In this document: piece by piece, positions 1 to 12,060 of the stretch
How positions within the stretch are numbered: position 1 is the first letter of the stretch
Layout: every line of letters starts with the position of its first letter
Assembly (NCBI GenBank): GCA_903813345.2
Contig: CAIIXF020000001.1
Coordinates: 8,246,001 to 8,310,000, forward strand
Origin: Owenia fusiformis
Taxonomy: Eukaryota
Direction of reading: 5' to 3'
DNA: 64,000 bases
Notes under the pieces: generated by a model
Seen by the model: the letters and a program-made list of their open reading frames with translations, nothing else
Databases searched by the model: none
Told to the model about the DNA's origin: nothing
Translations under genes and position numbers: made by a program

Positions 1-339
1 CCCTAGAATAACAACTTGGATGAACTTCACTGGAAATGATATGATCACATCTGGTAATCCTTTGTTTCAGCAACCATACATAAATTTTATAGTTGTACGC
101 GTAGAGTACTACGTGTAGATCATCACTATGATCAGAAATCTCTCAGAAAGCTCAGGTTTTAATACCGTGATCTTGTTTCGTTGATGTAACAAAAATGACT
201 TCAGAAAATGTGCTGAAATTTTCTAACGGTTCATCTACTTTGATATGCAGCGGCCCTCGCGTGCCCTATGCACCTGAACACGTCTAAAACTGATCTACGC
301 ATTGCGTCAAGCGTAATTTTTTCTTCCGAATGGAATTTT

Positions 340-493
340 TCATCCACTAGATTTTAGTGGCAGTAATGGATCGAATCTCCTGACGAGTGTGTATCTCAGT
401 TGGCAACCACAGTTAGGGCAATCCGGATAGGCCTTACTATCCTTCTTTGGAATGTGCCAACAATGAACACATCGGACTCGATACTTCTTGTAT
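340..493 (-). CDS. ZGLP1: ZGLP1-like GATA zinc finger protein, last coding exon
   Basis: Acceptor gttgcag at 494-495, phase 2. Reads (R)YKKYRVRCVHCWHIPKKDSKAYPDCPNCGCQLRYTLVRRFDPLLPLKSSG*, with TGA at 340-342. Matches the ZGLP1-type second Cys cluster RYKKY..RC..CW..P.K....C..CG. Confidence 0.9.
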
Positions 494-622
494 CTGCAAC
501 AAAAGAACTGACATTATTAAAACGTTCATGCTACTACGGGATGCGTTTGCGCCTGGTAACTGCATAATTCTTTTTAAAAGTACGAAAAATGTTGACAGTA
601 AAAATCAAAACTAAAAACACAC

Positions 623-713
623 CGTATCCCACATGCGTTGCATAATGGCGTCCCATCTTCAGCATCACGCCATAGAGGTGTCTTTCTGGCACTACAAGAT
701 GCACATTGCTTAC
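623..713 (-). CDS. ZGLP1: ZGLP1-like, GATA zinc finger exon
   Basis: tttgtag acceptor and gtgtgt donor. Reads GKQCASCSARKTPLWRDAEDGTPLCNACGIR, a CxxC-x17-CxxC GATA finger with the ZGLP1-characteristic WRDAEDGTPLCNACGIR. Confidence 0.93.
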
Positions 714-1058
714 CTACAAAAGATCATTGTTATTCAAAGCTTCAGAGTCCACATCTGACCATAAACTATGGAATGAGTAAGGTCATGCCAGATTGTCCGT
801 CTCTCCACCGAATTATCTATGACTGGTTTCGTTATTTCATTTTTTAGGACGAATCCTCAATTAAACAAGTAAATGCCCGCTCTACTACTGGACAATTGCT
901 TTATTATATCAAAAAAATAATTCCGGAATCCTGGTTATTCTTTTTAATCATAATTCAAATAAGGATCTTAATCATGAACAGAGTAAGACGATGGACATAT
1001 ACACGAATACCTCCATGGTAAGACAAATGATGAACCTGAATGGAAAGCTAATAATCAC

Positions 1059-1225
1059 CAGTGGTGCTGGAGTAGTAGAAACACAACCGGTTTTCTCTTT
1101 TGCTCGAATTGGCGTACTCTTCTGGGTCAGAAGGTCCCCATTCCGTCGTCCCGGACGTGGACTGGCTGCAGCGTTGGGGCTGGTGGCTGTATCTACGGTG
1201 TCGTCTCCATTTACTTTGAATTTTC
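1059..1225 (-). CDS. ZGLP1: ZGLP1-like, internal linker exon
   Basis: Acceptor ttgtag at 1226-1227, donor gtgatt at 1057-1058. 167 nt, phase 2 to phase 1, which joins the flanking exons in frame: KIQSKWRRHRRYSHQPQRCSQSTSGTTEWGPSDPEE...STT. An alternative acceptor at 1249-1250 is possible. Confidence 0.65.
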
Positions 1226-1704
1226 CTACAACTAAATTGAAACTTATCCTGTAGAAAATTTAACAGTTATTTAGAAAACGTATTTTCATAATTTTTGTTT
1301 ACGAACGGCCAGGTGAGGTGATTCAGATGGTATACTTGAAATGGCTATCCTTGAGATATTCAATTCAATAGTCACCATTGGAAAGCTTCTTATAAGCCTT
1401 AATGACGGTATATCATTTTTTGTCAAAGTATTGAGTCAGAGCGACCAGGAAGGTCGCGTAATTATGGCATTTTTCTATGTCGCGGAAGAAAAATGATACT
1501 TTGATAGAAAACATTCGATATGTCATTGATATTCAGGATATAACATTCGCATTACAATTTCAAGGACAAGATTAATAGAAGTTTTTTGCTGAATGATAAC
1601 GTTTGCAACAATGTGGCAAAACGTTTTTATCATACTACAAAGGTCGCATCTCGCATGGGGTCTGGTAAAAAAAAGTATCCATAAAAACTGCCAAGATTAA
1701 TGTA

Positions 1705-2216
1705 CAAGGTGGGCCGAAAACAACACATGAATTAAAAGTGAAACAAAATATACTCCTAAGGCAATAATGTGATTTATGTAATATAAAGAGAATTCAGCTC
1801 TCAATATTTTGGTATGGAACATTGTTACACTGACCATGGGCTTTCAACTAGCATGGAAAAGCCCATGCACTGACTTATTAGGGAGATATTAACAACACCT
1901 ATTTGTGAGGTAGGGGTATATAATAATGGGGTCCATGATTTGCCGCAAAAAATCGTGAATAAATTGATTTATGCATTGTCTGTTGTCAAGTATACTGAAT
2001 GTAACCATTGGTTCGTGTTATACTTCCATTTAAAATATTTTATTTTATTTTTACAATATTTGCCGATCGACCAGAAATTGGACACCGACCTCACAAAAAC
2101 TGCGTGATGTTATACACCAAATGATTGGATATCAAATTACTATATGGTGCATGATGTGAAATAAATGTTTCTAATTCAATTTCAATTCGTGTTGCCTATT
2201 GCCTTTTGGCCCACCT
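1705..2216. mobile_element. Degenerate TIR MITE (Tc1/mariner-like)
   Basis: TA|CAAGGTGGGCCGAAAA at left and TTTTGGCCCACCT at right, with weaker inverted similarity inward. The right end is eroded. Confidence 0.4.
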
Positions 2217-2227
2217 AAATGTTCTTA

Positions 2228-2618
2228 GGGGAGGCATCAAAAGTTCAATGTCTGATAGGAAACTAAATAAATCTAGTTTTGAGTTGGACCCTCCCCCTCA
2301 AAACTAAATACAATGAAAGTTGATCGCGGACTTTTCACATGTTTTAGCGACTCAATTTGGACTTTCATGGGGCCAGTACTATAATTTATTTATGATTCTT
2401 AAAACAATAGGCATAATATTCCATGTTGCATGCATCTTGGTGAAGAAGGCATCTGGTAAAGTCTTTATTTTTAAACCATTCCAAGGCATTTCGAGTCGAA
2501 ATTGCGAAAGTTTAAATGTTGAAATTTGTCGGATAGCAAACTGAAATAGCTTTGACCCCCTCCCCCAAACTAGATTTATTTAGTTTTCTATCAGACATCG
2601 ATCTTTTGATGCCTCCCC
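2228..2618. mobile_element. PIF/Harbinger-type MITE
   Basis: ~50-bp TIR (GGGGAGGCATCAAAAG...CTTTTGATGCCTCCCC) flanked by a TTA duplication on both sides. Confidence 0.8.
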
Positions 2619-2740
2619 TTAATTGGTCTTAATCTTGTGTGTTGCGGTTATTTTTAGGGGACCATGGATATGTCACAGAAAACGACTTCATTACGTAGGA
2701 AATTACAAGAAATGTCAGTATAATAAAAAATAACATTTAC

Positions 2741-4093
2741 TTAAAATAGCAGGATATACTCAAGTGTGACCCATCTGGCTTCAACTTTGTTTTGATTTGC
2801 ATTGTGACACCTCTGAACGATGGATCCCACTTCGGCGGACTTTTTAGTGGATTTGCCGGCTTTCTTGGGATCTTTCTTTTCTGAGACTTCCTCGGTGTGT
2901 TATCGTTGGAATCACAACTTTGCTCATTCTCTGAGCTAATTGGCTCTGTCTGAATTGCATAGGGTGCAGCGTTATCATCAGAATCATCATTACTTTCAGC
3001 GTCCGTAAGTTCATCTAATTGATCAGATTCAATGCAAATGGAAGATTCTGATGTGTTGGCAGGTTGGTAAGGTAGATTCACCCGTTGGAATGCATTATTA
3101 GGGGGACTTCCGGGGTCTTGTTGTGTTGAACGGAGTTTACTCTCATCTGTGATTTTGGACAGAATGATCTTCTTTCTGGATTTGGGTATACACACTGGAG
3201 ATCGTGATTTAATTGCATAGTTGATTAACGAAGACTTTGGTTCATACATAGCTATAGTTTTAGAGTGGTTGTTGTTGACATCATTCTCTTTAATTTTGGT
3301 CATATTGTCTTCTTCCTGAGCTGATGCATTTAAGCCGTCAGAGTTTTCGCTTGGTGTCATAGGTTGCTCAACTCTTGGGATGATCCTCGGGAAAATGCTT
3401 TCATGCTCACGCTCCGTTTCGCTCTTTATCTTCTGGGTAAGAGCTGTGAGGGAGAGAAGGGACTCGTACCCTGGTATGTACTGTCTCCTCTCCCTGTTGT
3501 CCTGCTGGTGTAATAAACTACTTTGAAGGCTACAGGCGTGTGGATTTCTTGTCTGCATGTTCTCATTCAGGTTGCTTAACAATTTGTTAGAGTCCAACAT
3601 CTTATGATTAGAAACAGGCGCCATTGCTAATGATGGTAAAGACCCTCTGGAGGAATATGGTTGACGTTTGGGTACTATGCTAGGATTGGGTGTCAGTTTA
3701 GTACTTCGATCACATTTGGATTGAGGATATCTATTTAAACCAAGTAATTTGTCGTTGCGTGGACCTGTGACCATAATCATTTTGGGTTTGACAGAAGCCT
3801 GACGCATAACCGTTGTGAATATATGTGATGTATTACTCCGTGATGTGTAGTTTTCAGTGGTATACGCAGGCGTCACGGGACCAGTTATTCTTTCTTTTCT
3901 TTTCAATTCTGACGATGAGAAAACCCCACTTGTGGTTTCGCTCCTTTTCATATTCGAGTTGTCAAATCTCTGTGCTGAGTAATGAGCGTATCCGATCTTA
4001 CTATCTGCCATGACACGTGCTCCATGGGTACACTTGGTTGCAGGTTTCTCAAGGTACAAGGCTTGGTTTGAAGTATCGCATGCAACATCACTG
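2741..4093 (-). CDS. ZGLP1: ZGLP1-like, large exon
   Basis: 440-aa ORF. NAGNAG acceptor (tttgcag/cag, exon start 4093 or 4090) and donor AA|gtaaat. Ends with RKPANPLKSPPKWDPSFRGVTMQIKTKLKPDGSHLSISCYF, similar to the conserved ZGLP1 motif RKQ..P.R....DP.F.GVT.......L.I...Y. Confidence 0.88.
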
Positions 4094-4675
4094 CTGCAAA
4101 GTCAAAAAGGTAAGTCAAAACATGATATGGAAACGTTACATATGAGTCATAATTTGATATTTCTATTTTCGTTTCTATTATCCTATTATCCTTATTTTTG
4201 TAAGTGTGTATTTTCGGTCATTTTGATGCAATCCTCACGAGTCACATGTTACTTTTCAAATATGAACGCCTCCTTCCAAACATTGTCTACATCTTTCAGT
4301 TTTTTACAGAGTACACTAATGTACGTGGAAAAGAGTGTGGAGAATGATATTTTCATATAATGCATAAAAAACAAAAACAAATCAGTAACCTACTTTTTAA
4401 AGTAAAATAAGTAGGTCAATGAATTACATCAGTGCACTCAATGGTGAAAAATTGATAGATGTAGACTACATTTACATGGAGAATGATAATTTACACGTTC
4501 AGTTCAAATTGATCAATAAAATTAAAATATTTCGTTAAAATGATATTGAAATGATAGGACATTTTCCAGTATTTTTCCAGCATAGTTTCTATTTTTCTGA
4601 AAATCTGAACTTTCTTGGATTTGATCAGAATCGCGCATAAGCTATCTGGCCAAGGATTGCAAGGACTGTAGTGCA

Positions 4676-5130
4676 TGCAATGTCATATGGAAAATAAATT
4701 CTTATTTTCGATATAAAGATCGATATTTGTATATTTTAAATTGTTTGTGGATTGGCTATAGTAAAATTTTAAATGTTTGTGAGTACTTTGAAATTAAAAA
4801 ATAAGCAATCAAATGACCAAATTGAAACAGTTTATGTAAAAATACTAGAAACATTTATATTTATCCTAACTTTTGTATATTTTAGTTTGTTTTGTAGTTA
4901 TGCTATCATATCTGTGTCCTCTTATTTTTTGATACTTCTCTGCCATGTTATTTTCGGAAAAATTAACATGACTGAAACTCCCTAAATTACAAAAGGCCAC
5001 AGCTTTGCTGCACATTATACATTACTATCTGAAATATACAAAAGTTAGGATAAATATAAATGTTTCTATTTTTACATAAACTATTTTGCTGCATCTCGGA
5101 CATGAATGAATGTTTCCATATGCTATTGCA
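4676..5130. repeat. Foldback element, copy 1 of a local family
   Basis: Inverted arms (4850-4882 vs 5032-5073) around the hairpin core GCCATGTTA...TAACATG. A partial core copy lies at about 5340-5432. Confidence 0.65.
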
Positions 5131-5554
5131 ACGAGGTTCGACATTGCTTTTTAGGTTTGATTGAACGTGATTCGGATTACACAGAGCAAGTCATTTGGCT
5201 TGCATTTGTGTGTCAACCAAATCTAAAAATGAAGTAATCAGAAGAAAAACGTATAAAGAAAATACATTCATATTTTAAATGCAAAGAGTTTGTTTCTTGG
5301 ATTGTTTGTGGTTTGGCTGACAAATAATTAAATAATTATGACGTCGTCTCTTGTATTTTGATGCTTTTCAGACATGAAATTAGCATGGTTATAACTCCCT
5401 AAATTACATAAGGCCACGGGTTTACTGTACATAAATATGATTTTTGTTGTTGTTGTGTTGCATACGCCGCTGTTTTCTCGGCAGTTCGTCTCGTGTACTG
5501 TAAATTCTCTTTGTGCTCTCTCATGTGCTTCAGTTTACACTTGTTGCGCAGATT

Positions 5555-6060
5555 TTGTATTTCATTATTTTATATATATTGAATGTCTTGATTGTCTCTC
5601 TCATAAAAGTAGAAATTATAATTATGATATTAAATCACTGTATATATATTCAGTCACTTTCTGTTTATACAGCCACTATCTGTTTATACAGTCATTTTCT
5701 GTTTACACAGTCACTATCTGTATCGTGTTTGTGGTTGGTTATATTCTTTTGGTTGTTTTTAAGTATGCCATTAACAAATGTCTCATACTTTGATTTTGGG
5801 TCCTGTTTAGTGATTGACTAAATCCTGAGAGCAATTTTAGGTCAATAGATGGGTTGGGGCTCTCTACCCCTAAAAGTATAGTCTCTGCCTTGTGGAGCAT
5901 AAGTTCACGTTCTTCCTGATATAATTCACACTCAAAGATATAATGTTGGACTGTCTCTGCCCGATTACAGTGGTCACATAGATTGGAAATGTCAGTTTGA
6001 ACTTTTGCTGAAGGTGATTCAGCTTTGAGTGACCTGTTATGATTTGGTTTATTTTGCAAA
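5555..6060 (-). mobile_element. 5'-truncated LINE, ORF2 C-terminus and 3'UTR
   Basis: LCDHCNRAETVQHYIFECELYQEER is the CCHC knuckle typical of non-LTR ORF2 C-termini. An A-rich tail with AATAAA follows. Confidence 0.75.
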
Positions 6061-6157
6061 AATCTGTTCTATTGCTCTCACAGAGATTATTTTGTACATC
6101 TACAGTCTCTATAATCTCTTGGATGAATTTTTCTGAAATATAGAGTTTTGCGTGTAC

Positions 6158-7081
6158 TGTAAAATTTTATATGTTTGGAAGTACTTTGAATTAAAAAATA
6201 AGCAAACATGACTATATTGCAACAGTTTATAAAAAAGCAAAACATATGTACAGGTCCTAACTTTTGTATATTTCAGATAGGGAGTTTCAGCCATGTTAAT
6301 TCTTTCGAAAATAACATGGCAGAGAAGCATCAAAATATAAGAGGCCACAGATGTGATTGCTAAACTACAAAACAAACTAAAATATACAAACGTTAGGACA
6401 TGTTTAAACGTTTCTATTTTTTACATATACTGTTTCAATGTTACTCACTTCGAGAGCCATGTTAGATTTTGAAACTTATGGCTCTCAAACGGAGAAGTGA
6501 ACAGCTGATCAATAGTGACCTTTGAAATTGAATTAAGTCGATCCGCGGCTTACTTTTGGTCTCTAACTGTGTCTTACATCAGTATCATCAATCCGTGTAA
6601 GTATTGGAGCGCTGGAGTACTTCTTTTTCGATCAAGACTTGTAAATTGTTCATCGAGTTAAAGTTTTACAGACCTATTTCCAATATGGCGGTTTGCTAGG
6701 TGCGAGATACGCAACGAACGAAATGAATTTTGAGAATTAGTTAGGTTTGGACAACCTCCGGAGATTTACGAAAATGTCCGAGCAGAAACCGCCATATTGG
6801 AATTTGGCAGTAAAACGATTCACTCGACTAACAATTACAAGTCTTGATCGAAAAAGAAGTACTCCAGCGCTCCAATAATACACGGATTGATGATACTGAT
6901 GTAAGACACAGTTAGAGACCAAAAGTAAGCCGCGGATCGACTTAATTCGATTTCAAAGGTCACGATCATTGAGCTGTCCAAATGCTCCGTGGGAAAGCTA
7001 TTATATCAAAATCCAAATAGCTTTCGCAGGAAGTAATTTCAATGTAGTTCTTTGATTGCTTATTTTTTAGATTCAAAGTAC
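6158..7081. repeat. Foldback element copy 2 (core reversed), interrupted by an insertion
   Basis: Left arm resembles 4760-4882 and the core is reverse-complemented. The right arm stops at about 6442 and resumes at about 7037-7081. Confidence 0.6.
6443..7036. mobile_element. Long palindromic (foldback) non-autonomous element
   Basis: ~250-bp inverted arms (6443-6697 and 6781-7036). 6515-6650 vs 6830-6963 are nearly identical. Confidence 0.8.
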
Positions 7082-7085
7082 AAAG

Positions 7086-7480
7086 TAGAGTCCATTTCAC
7101 TGCTTCATTTCGTCAGTAGAATGGCAAAAATAAGAAATTGGTAGACCATTGTGCAATAATATATGGAAAAGTATATTCATAATGTACATGAATGACATTT
7201 GTATATCTTGGATTGCTTCTAGTTTGGCTTATAAAGTGTGTGGCCTCTTATATTTGGATGTTTCTCTGCCATGTTATTTTCAATAAGATTAACATGGCTG
7301 AAATTCTTCAAATTACAAGACGGCACAGGCTTATTGCACAAAAAACTAAAAAATCTGAAATATACAAATGTCATTCATGTACATTATGAATATACTTTTC
7401 CATATATTATATCACAATGGTCTCCCAATTTCTTATTTTTGCCGTTCTACTGACGAAATGAAGCAGTGAAATAGACTCTA
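7086..7480. mobile_element. Foldback element copy 3 with TAGAG...CTCTA ends
   Basis: ~120-bp inverted arms (7086-7206 and 7360-7480) around the same hairpin core as copies 1 and 2. Confidence 0.75.
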
Positions 7481-7618
7481 GTTCCAAACATTTTAGTCCT
7501 GATTGGTTCATGGAATAAGGACAATAGTCGACCAGCTGAACAAAGCATAAATTGCCCCATCTTGTCCACTAAGATTGTCCCTGAACAAAATGTTGGTAAT
7601 GGTATAAGTTAAAAATAC

Positions 7619-8118
7619 CTTGTTTTAGGGAAGGAAATCCCAAGCAAAACATCCGAGTATGTTGGACGTAGTTGACGAGAACTTGGTACAATGCCATGTT
7701 GATTTTTTGTTCCGCATATCTGATCACTGTGCGCGGAGGTGACAGTTTTACGATCGGTCGTTGTTGAAGTAGTTACTGACGTTGTCGGTTTCTCACGATA
7801 TTCCATAGAGTTGACCTCAATGTTTTGTACATCATTTTTGACCACGTCCTTGATATTGATTTGCATCTTTATAGCAGAGTCGAGCAAGGTCACAAAACTT
7901 TCAATTATCTCCAAAGAATTAACGTGTGTGTCCTTTCTTTGATATAGGCAAGATGGCAAACAAGTCTCAATTCCAAACAAGGGATTCAGCTCAGCTAGTT
8001 TAGGTGGTACTTTGGCAGTTTTGATTGGACAGATCAAGGACCATGGGTTTGTGAATCTGAATATCCGCATTGTATTTCCAATACCTGTGGTCAAAAGGGT
8101 CAGGGCCATATTTAACAT
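7619..8118 (-). CDS. ZGLP1: Probable first coding exon of the ZGLP1-like gene
   Basis: 169-aa ATG-initiated ORF with an in-frame stop upstream. Donor ACA AG|gtattt is phase 2, matching the phase-2 acceptor at 4093. Which Met is used is uncertain. Confidence 0.6.
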
Positions 8119-10516
8119 TCACCATCGGGAGTCCTTAGTTTTCAGCGACGCTGGTGTTTTATTGTTAGCACGGTTGACCGTGTTGATTAGTTATATCAAT
8201 GATCATTGGTGCGTGTAAATTCGAACGCGTTAATTTCAATGGTGCATAAACGCGATACGATGTAACTTTTAAAAAATAAATGGTATTTTCATGGGTGAAT
8301 TATTTATTGATGCCATACTACTACCCAGCTCTTCGTAATTGAAAGATTTACTTTTGAGTTATTCAAGAGTTTTATTAAGTTCATTGTTATTACTGCTCAC
8401 AAAAATGAACATATGACCAACACAGTAGCTAGTATAGAAGTTACTATGTATAGTCAATAGTGTATATTATGGTCTCATGAAGCCCCATCGACATCCCACT
8501 ATTTTAAGTTATCAACTCAAAGCATTTTGTTTAAGGTCATGGTGGAACGAAAACATTTTTTGTACACATGATATTTTATGGTACAAAAAATTATGAAGGA
8601 AGGTATGTGTGTTTTCCTTGTTTTTCACATTATGTATCATTTCATTGTCTCCGTTTAGTATATCTGGCAAGAGGGTCATGGTAACTCCAGAAATTGCCTG
8701 CCTTTTCAATTTTCCAAACTTCTTCAAGTTTCTCAACAACACTTAGTTGCCATTGACCTCTTACCAGATATATTAAAATAAGACAATGAAACGATGCTTT
8801 CCTGAAGAAGGCAAGGAAGCGCCTTCATAATTTATTTTCATTTTACTTATTTATTTATCTTACATTGAATGTGTCAGCAAATTCCCACGCACATCAACTA
8901 AATACAAATATACAATTGATTTGTTCTATGTTTGATGTTGGTCAACTTTGAGTCTTCTATATCCAGTTTTAGTTAAAGCCAAGAGAGGTATTGAGAGTCC
9001 ACATCATATGCACCAAGTAATGTCCAGTTCATCCACGCTACTCCTGGAACAGGAAAATAGAATTAGTTTAAGTGTGCAGAATGGAGCCACTTTGGGACGT
9101 GTTTGCGCATCTTTTCAGAATAATGATCAATCTAGGGCAAAGCATTCGTCTTATCAACATTGTTTTTGCCAAGAAAATGTAAAATCTCGTGAAACTTGGA
9201 ATTGGTTAATCAGAAAAAATGAATCTGATATGGCTATATTAAATCTGAAGTGTAAGAATGATATTACTTTTCGGGTCATGAAAAGTTATATCCCACCTAT
9301 ATTTGGTATTTGTAATATAGCCAGGAATACGATACCAATATGTTGTTGGTCAGAGTAAGCACGCCACCAGTCACTCCTTCTGTTACAGAGGGTAACACAT
9401 TTCACGACCGATCTCATAAAATAATAGAATAGCTCCATTTATATAAAAGCCTATCACAATACTCGATGCATATAACACAGCTGAAAGTATACAATGTTTC
9501 ATTGCCCTGATCCATGGCATAATAAAACTGCGTGTTAAATTATTAATCAACAACTTTCATAACACTTTAAGTTTGCAATTGCATGATTGGTCAAACAGGG
9601 TCACTTGTCATGAAAGATTGCACAAAAAAGTCATTCTTTTGAGGTAAATATCTGTGCATCTTTCACAAGTGATATTCCTTGAAGCGTGAATATCACTTTT
9701 GAACATTTGAAAGAGGCGCAGGTATATACCTTAACAGAATGAACTATTTGGTATTATCCCATGGTTACAAGGATATAATTCAAATATCAGGTGAAGATAT
9801 TTTTGATATGAAAAATAAAGCTCTGGCCGATTTCAGTTTGATCATCACTATGAAATTCGCTTTGTAGCCTATTACGCGCAGAATAATTATTTTCTAATTT
9901 TTTGGTACATTTCAAAATGTTCAAAAATGTTCAGAATGTAGCAAATGACATCGAAATTCTAAAATTTCCTCTGACACGTTGTTGGTGGCCTTTGGCCTTC
10001 TTTGGTTATCCATCGGCCTCCAATTCAACAATTAAGGCGCATCCCCTAACCTGAAATCCTGGATCCATCCCTGGTTACAGTAAAACTAAGCATGTTAGAT
10101 TGTTTAAGGATAATTACTTGTTTATATATGTTGAGTTGTAATTTTTTGGTGGTTGGGTCACAAGTTGAGGCCCTAAATGAAAATAAAACATTTTGAATAC
10201 GTAAATAATAACATCTACAGGCAACATCCTCATTTTGACGTTTAACAAAGAATAATCAAAAATGAAAAATTAGGCAGAAGAAGTACCAGGTATTTTACTT
10301 GTTTCACGATTTTAGCTAGATCGATCGGATCTAGTACGAATGAAAATGCTATTCCAAGGTATGCGAATATGGTGAATGGTGATAGATATTGCCGCGTGCG
10401 TTGTGAGGTTAGGAACCACAGGGAAGGTATGGGAGGTGCTGCGGAGCCAGTGCAGGCAGAGATACCGTTCAAAATGCTGTTAACGATAGCAAGACTGACA
10501 TATATCTTAGCATTAA

Positions 10517-11340
10517 AGGCCCCATATAAAGTTTAAACCACTTTGGCTTATATTGTAGTCTTACCCAATGTTATCAAAGTGTGATATGTGAAACTTTTTT
10601 TTTAAATTTCAAAAAGTGGTTTTTGATAGACTTTTTGTTCCAAAATTTGTGAATTTATTTAAAACCAACGTTTAGAGGTCACTCATATCTTCTAATTAGC
10701 CACAATTCATACCAATGCATAGCATTCATCCTCCCGTGTTTTTTGCCGAAAAAATTAAGAAAATCGGTTCATAAATAAGCGAGAAATAAACTTATCAGTG
10801 CATGAAAATGGTTCTGAGAAAAATGCATTTCAAAATTTTAGTTCTCATAGAAACCAATGGTACAATGATATCTAAAACATAATTTATTCTTCCTTTTAAC
10901 CTGGTTAGACAATCAACATTGGTTTTTTATGAAAGTCTAACATATTTAGAAAAGATTGACATCGAAAAAAAAATTTTTCAAAAAGTTTTTGGTACCTTAG
11001 TGACATCACTAATGTTTCAAAATATTTTTGATATGCTAAAACATTGAAGTGGCCCATTAAATATGGCATTTTATTATTGAAATAGTGTGTCCTTTGTTCA
11101 ACCTTTGCATTGGTGTTAAAAAGATAATCTTTTTTGAAATGCATTAAGAAATATTTGATGATTAAGAAATTTCAACTTTTTTGAAAAATGGCGGGAAATT
11201 TGAATATTTGAGAAATGAAATGCTCACAACTTTTTTTTCAAAAAAATTTTTTTGTTCAAAAATCTCTAAAATCACTTTTTAAGTCCTGACAAATAGTAAA
11301 TGAATGATAAAAAAATATTTTCAAACTTTAGACGGGGACT
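10517..11340. mobile_element. Kolobok-like non-autonomous DNA transposon
   Basis: TTAA|AGGCCCCATATAAAGTTT ... AAACTTTAGACGGGGACT|TTAA: TTAA TSD with AG..CT termini. Confidence 0.75.
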
Positions 11341-11559
11341 TTAAAGGACTGAAATGATTCGGTGGAAAAGTACAGATTTCTGATCCTGATTTGCATAAAT
11401 AAAGGAGCCACTCACCCAGGAGAATTCGAAGAGGGACAGGATAAGACTAGATGGAGGTGTATAAGGAACTTATAGGAATATAAGTAAATATAAGGAATCT
11501 AGTCTGTCAAAAATAAGTATAAGATAACAACTACAGAAAACGTAGTTGGTGTCCGCACA

Positions 11560-12060
11560 ATTCCTCTGTAGTGCAGCCTTAGACAAGGAGCCAGAAGGAA
11601 TAGTGACAAATCCACATCATTCCATGAGATGCCCTTTTCTAAATTCCTCAACATCTAAAGATCAGATTTTTTCCGGAAATAAAATTAGGATTTTCAAATC
11701 TAATATTCTCACAATTCCTTCAGAAAAAATGCTATAATCATTTTACATAAAACAATTTATTTCAGTTAGATGAGCTTGAATATTGAGTATAGTGATTTTT
11801 TTTGCTCACGTGTGATTTACGAACATGATATAACTTGTAATAAGGAGACATTACGACTAATCAATTGATGTTATCATGACAAGGAAGTTCTATTTTTTCC
11901 TCAGTAAATATTATTGTGATTATTATCTTGTCATCAGTTCATCACAAAATCAGGATATTAATTGGCCAATGTTTGGAGACCTTATCTCCATCCTTCAAAA
12001 TAAGAACATTACACTCTTTCTCCTTCTTAAATAGAACTTAATCATCATTTAACATTTCCC
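11560..12060 (-). pseudogene. Possible heavily decayed L1/Tx1-like reverse transcriptase relic
   Basis: Broken frames give KDGDK..KHWPINIL..TDDKIIITII and LEKGISWNDVDLSLFLL, loosely resembling NWRPISLLNTDYKI and RGVRQGDPLSPLLF. Many stops. Confidence 0.3.

Noticed and set aside
991-1254. 87-aa plus-strand ORF
   Set aside because: Antisense shadow of the ZGLP1 linker exon.
8160-8260. CCAAT, CHR/E2F-like and MYB-like motifs upstream of the ZGLP1 ATG
   Set aside because: Short motifs expected by chance, and the TSS is unknown.
8787-8830. Hammerhead-ribozyme-like CTGAAGA plus stem
   Set aside because: No GAAA after stem II and no closing stems.
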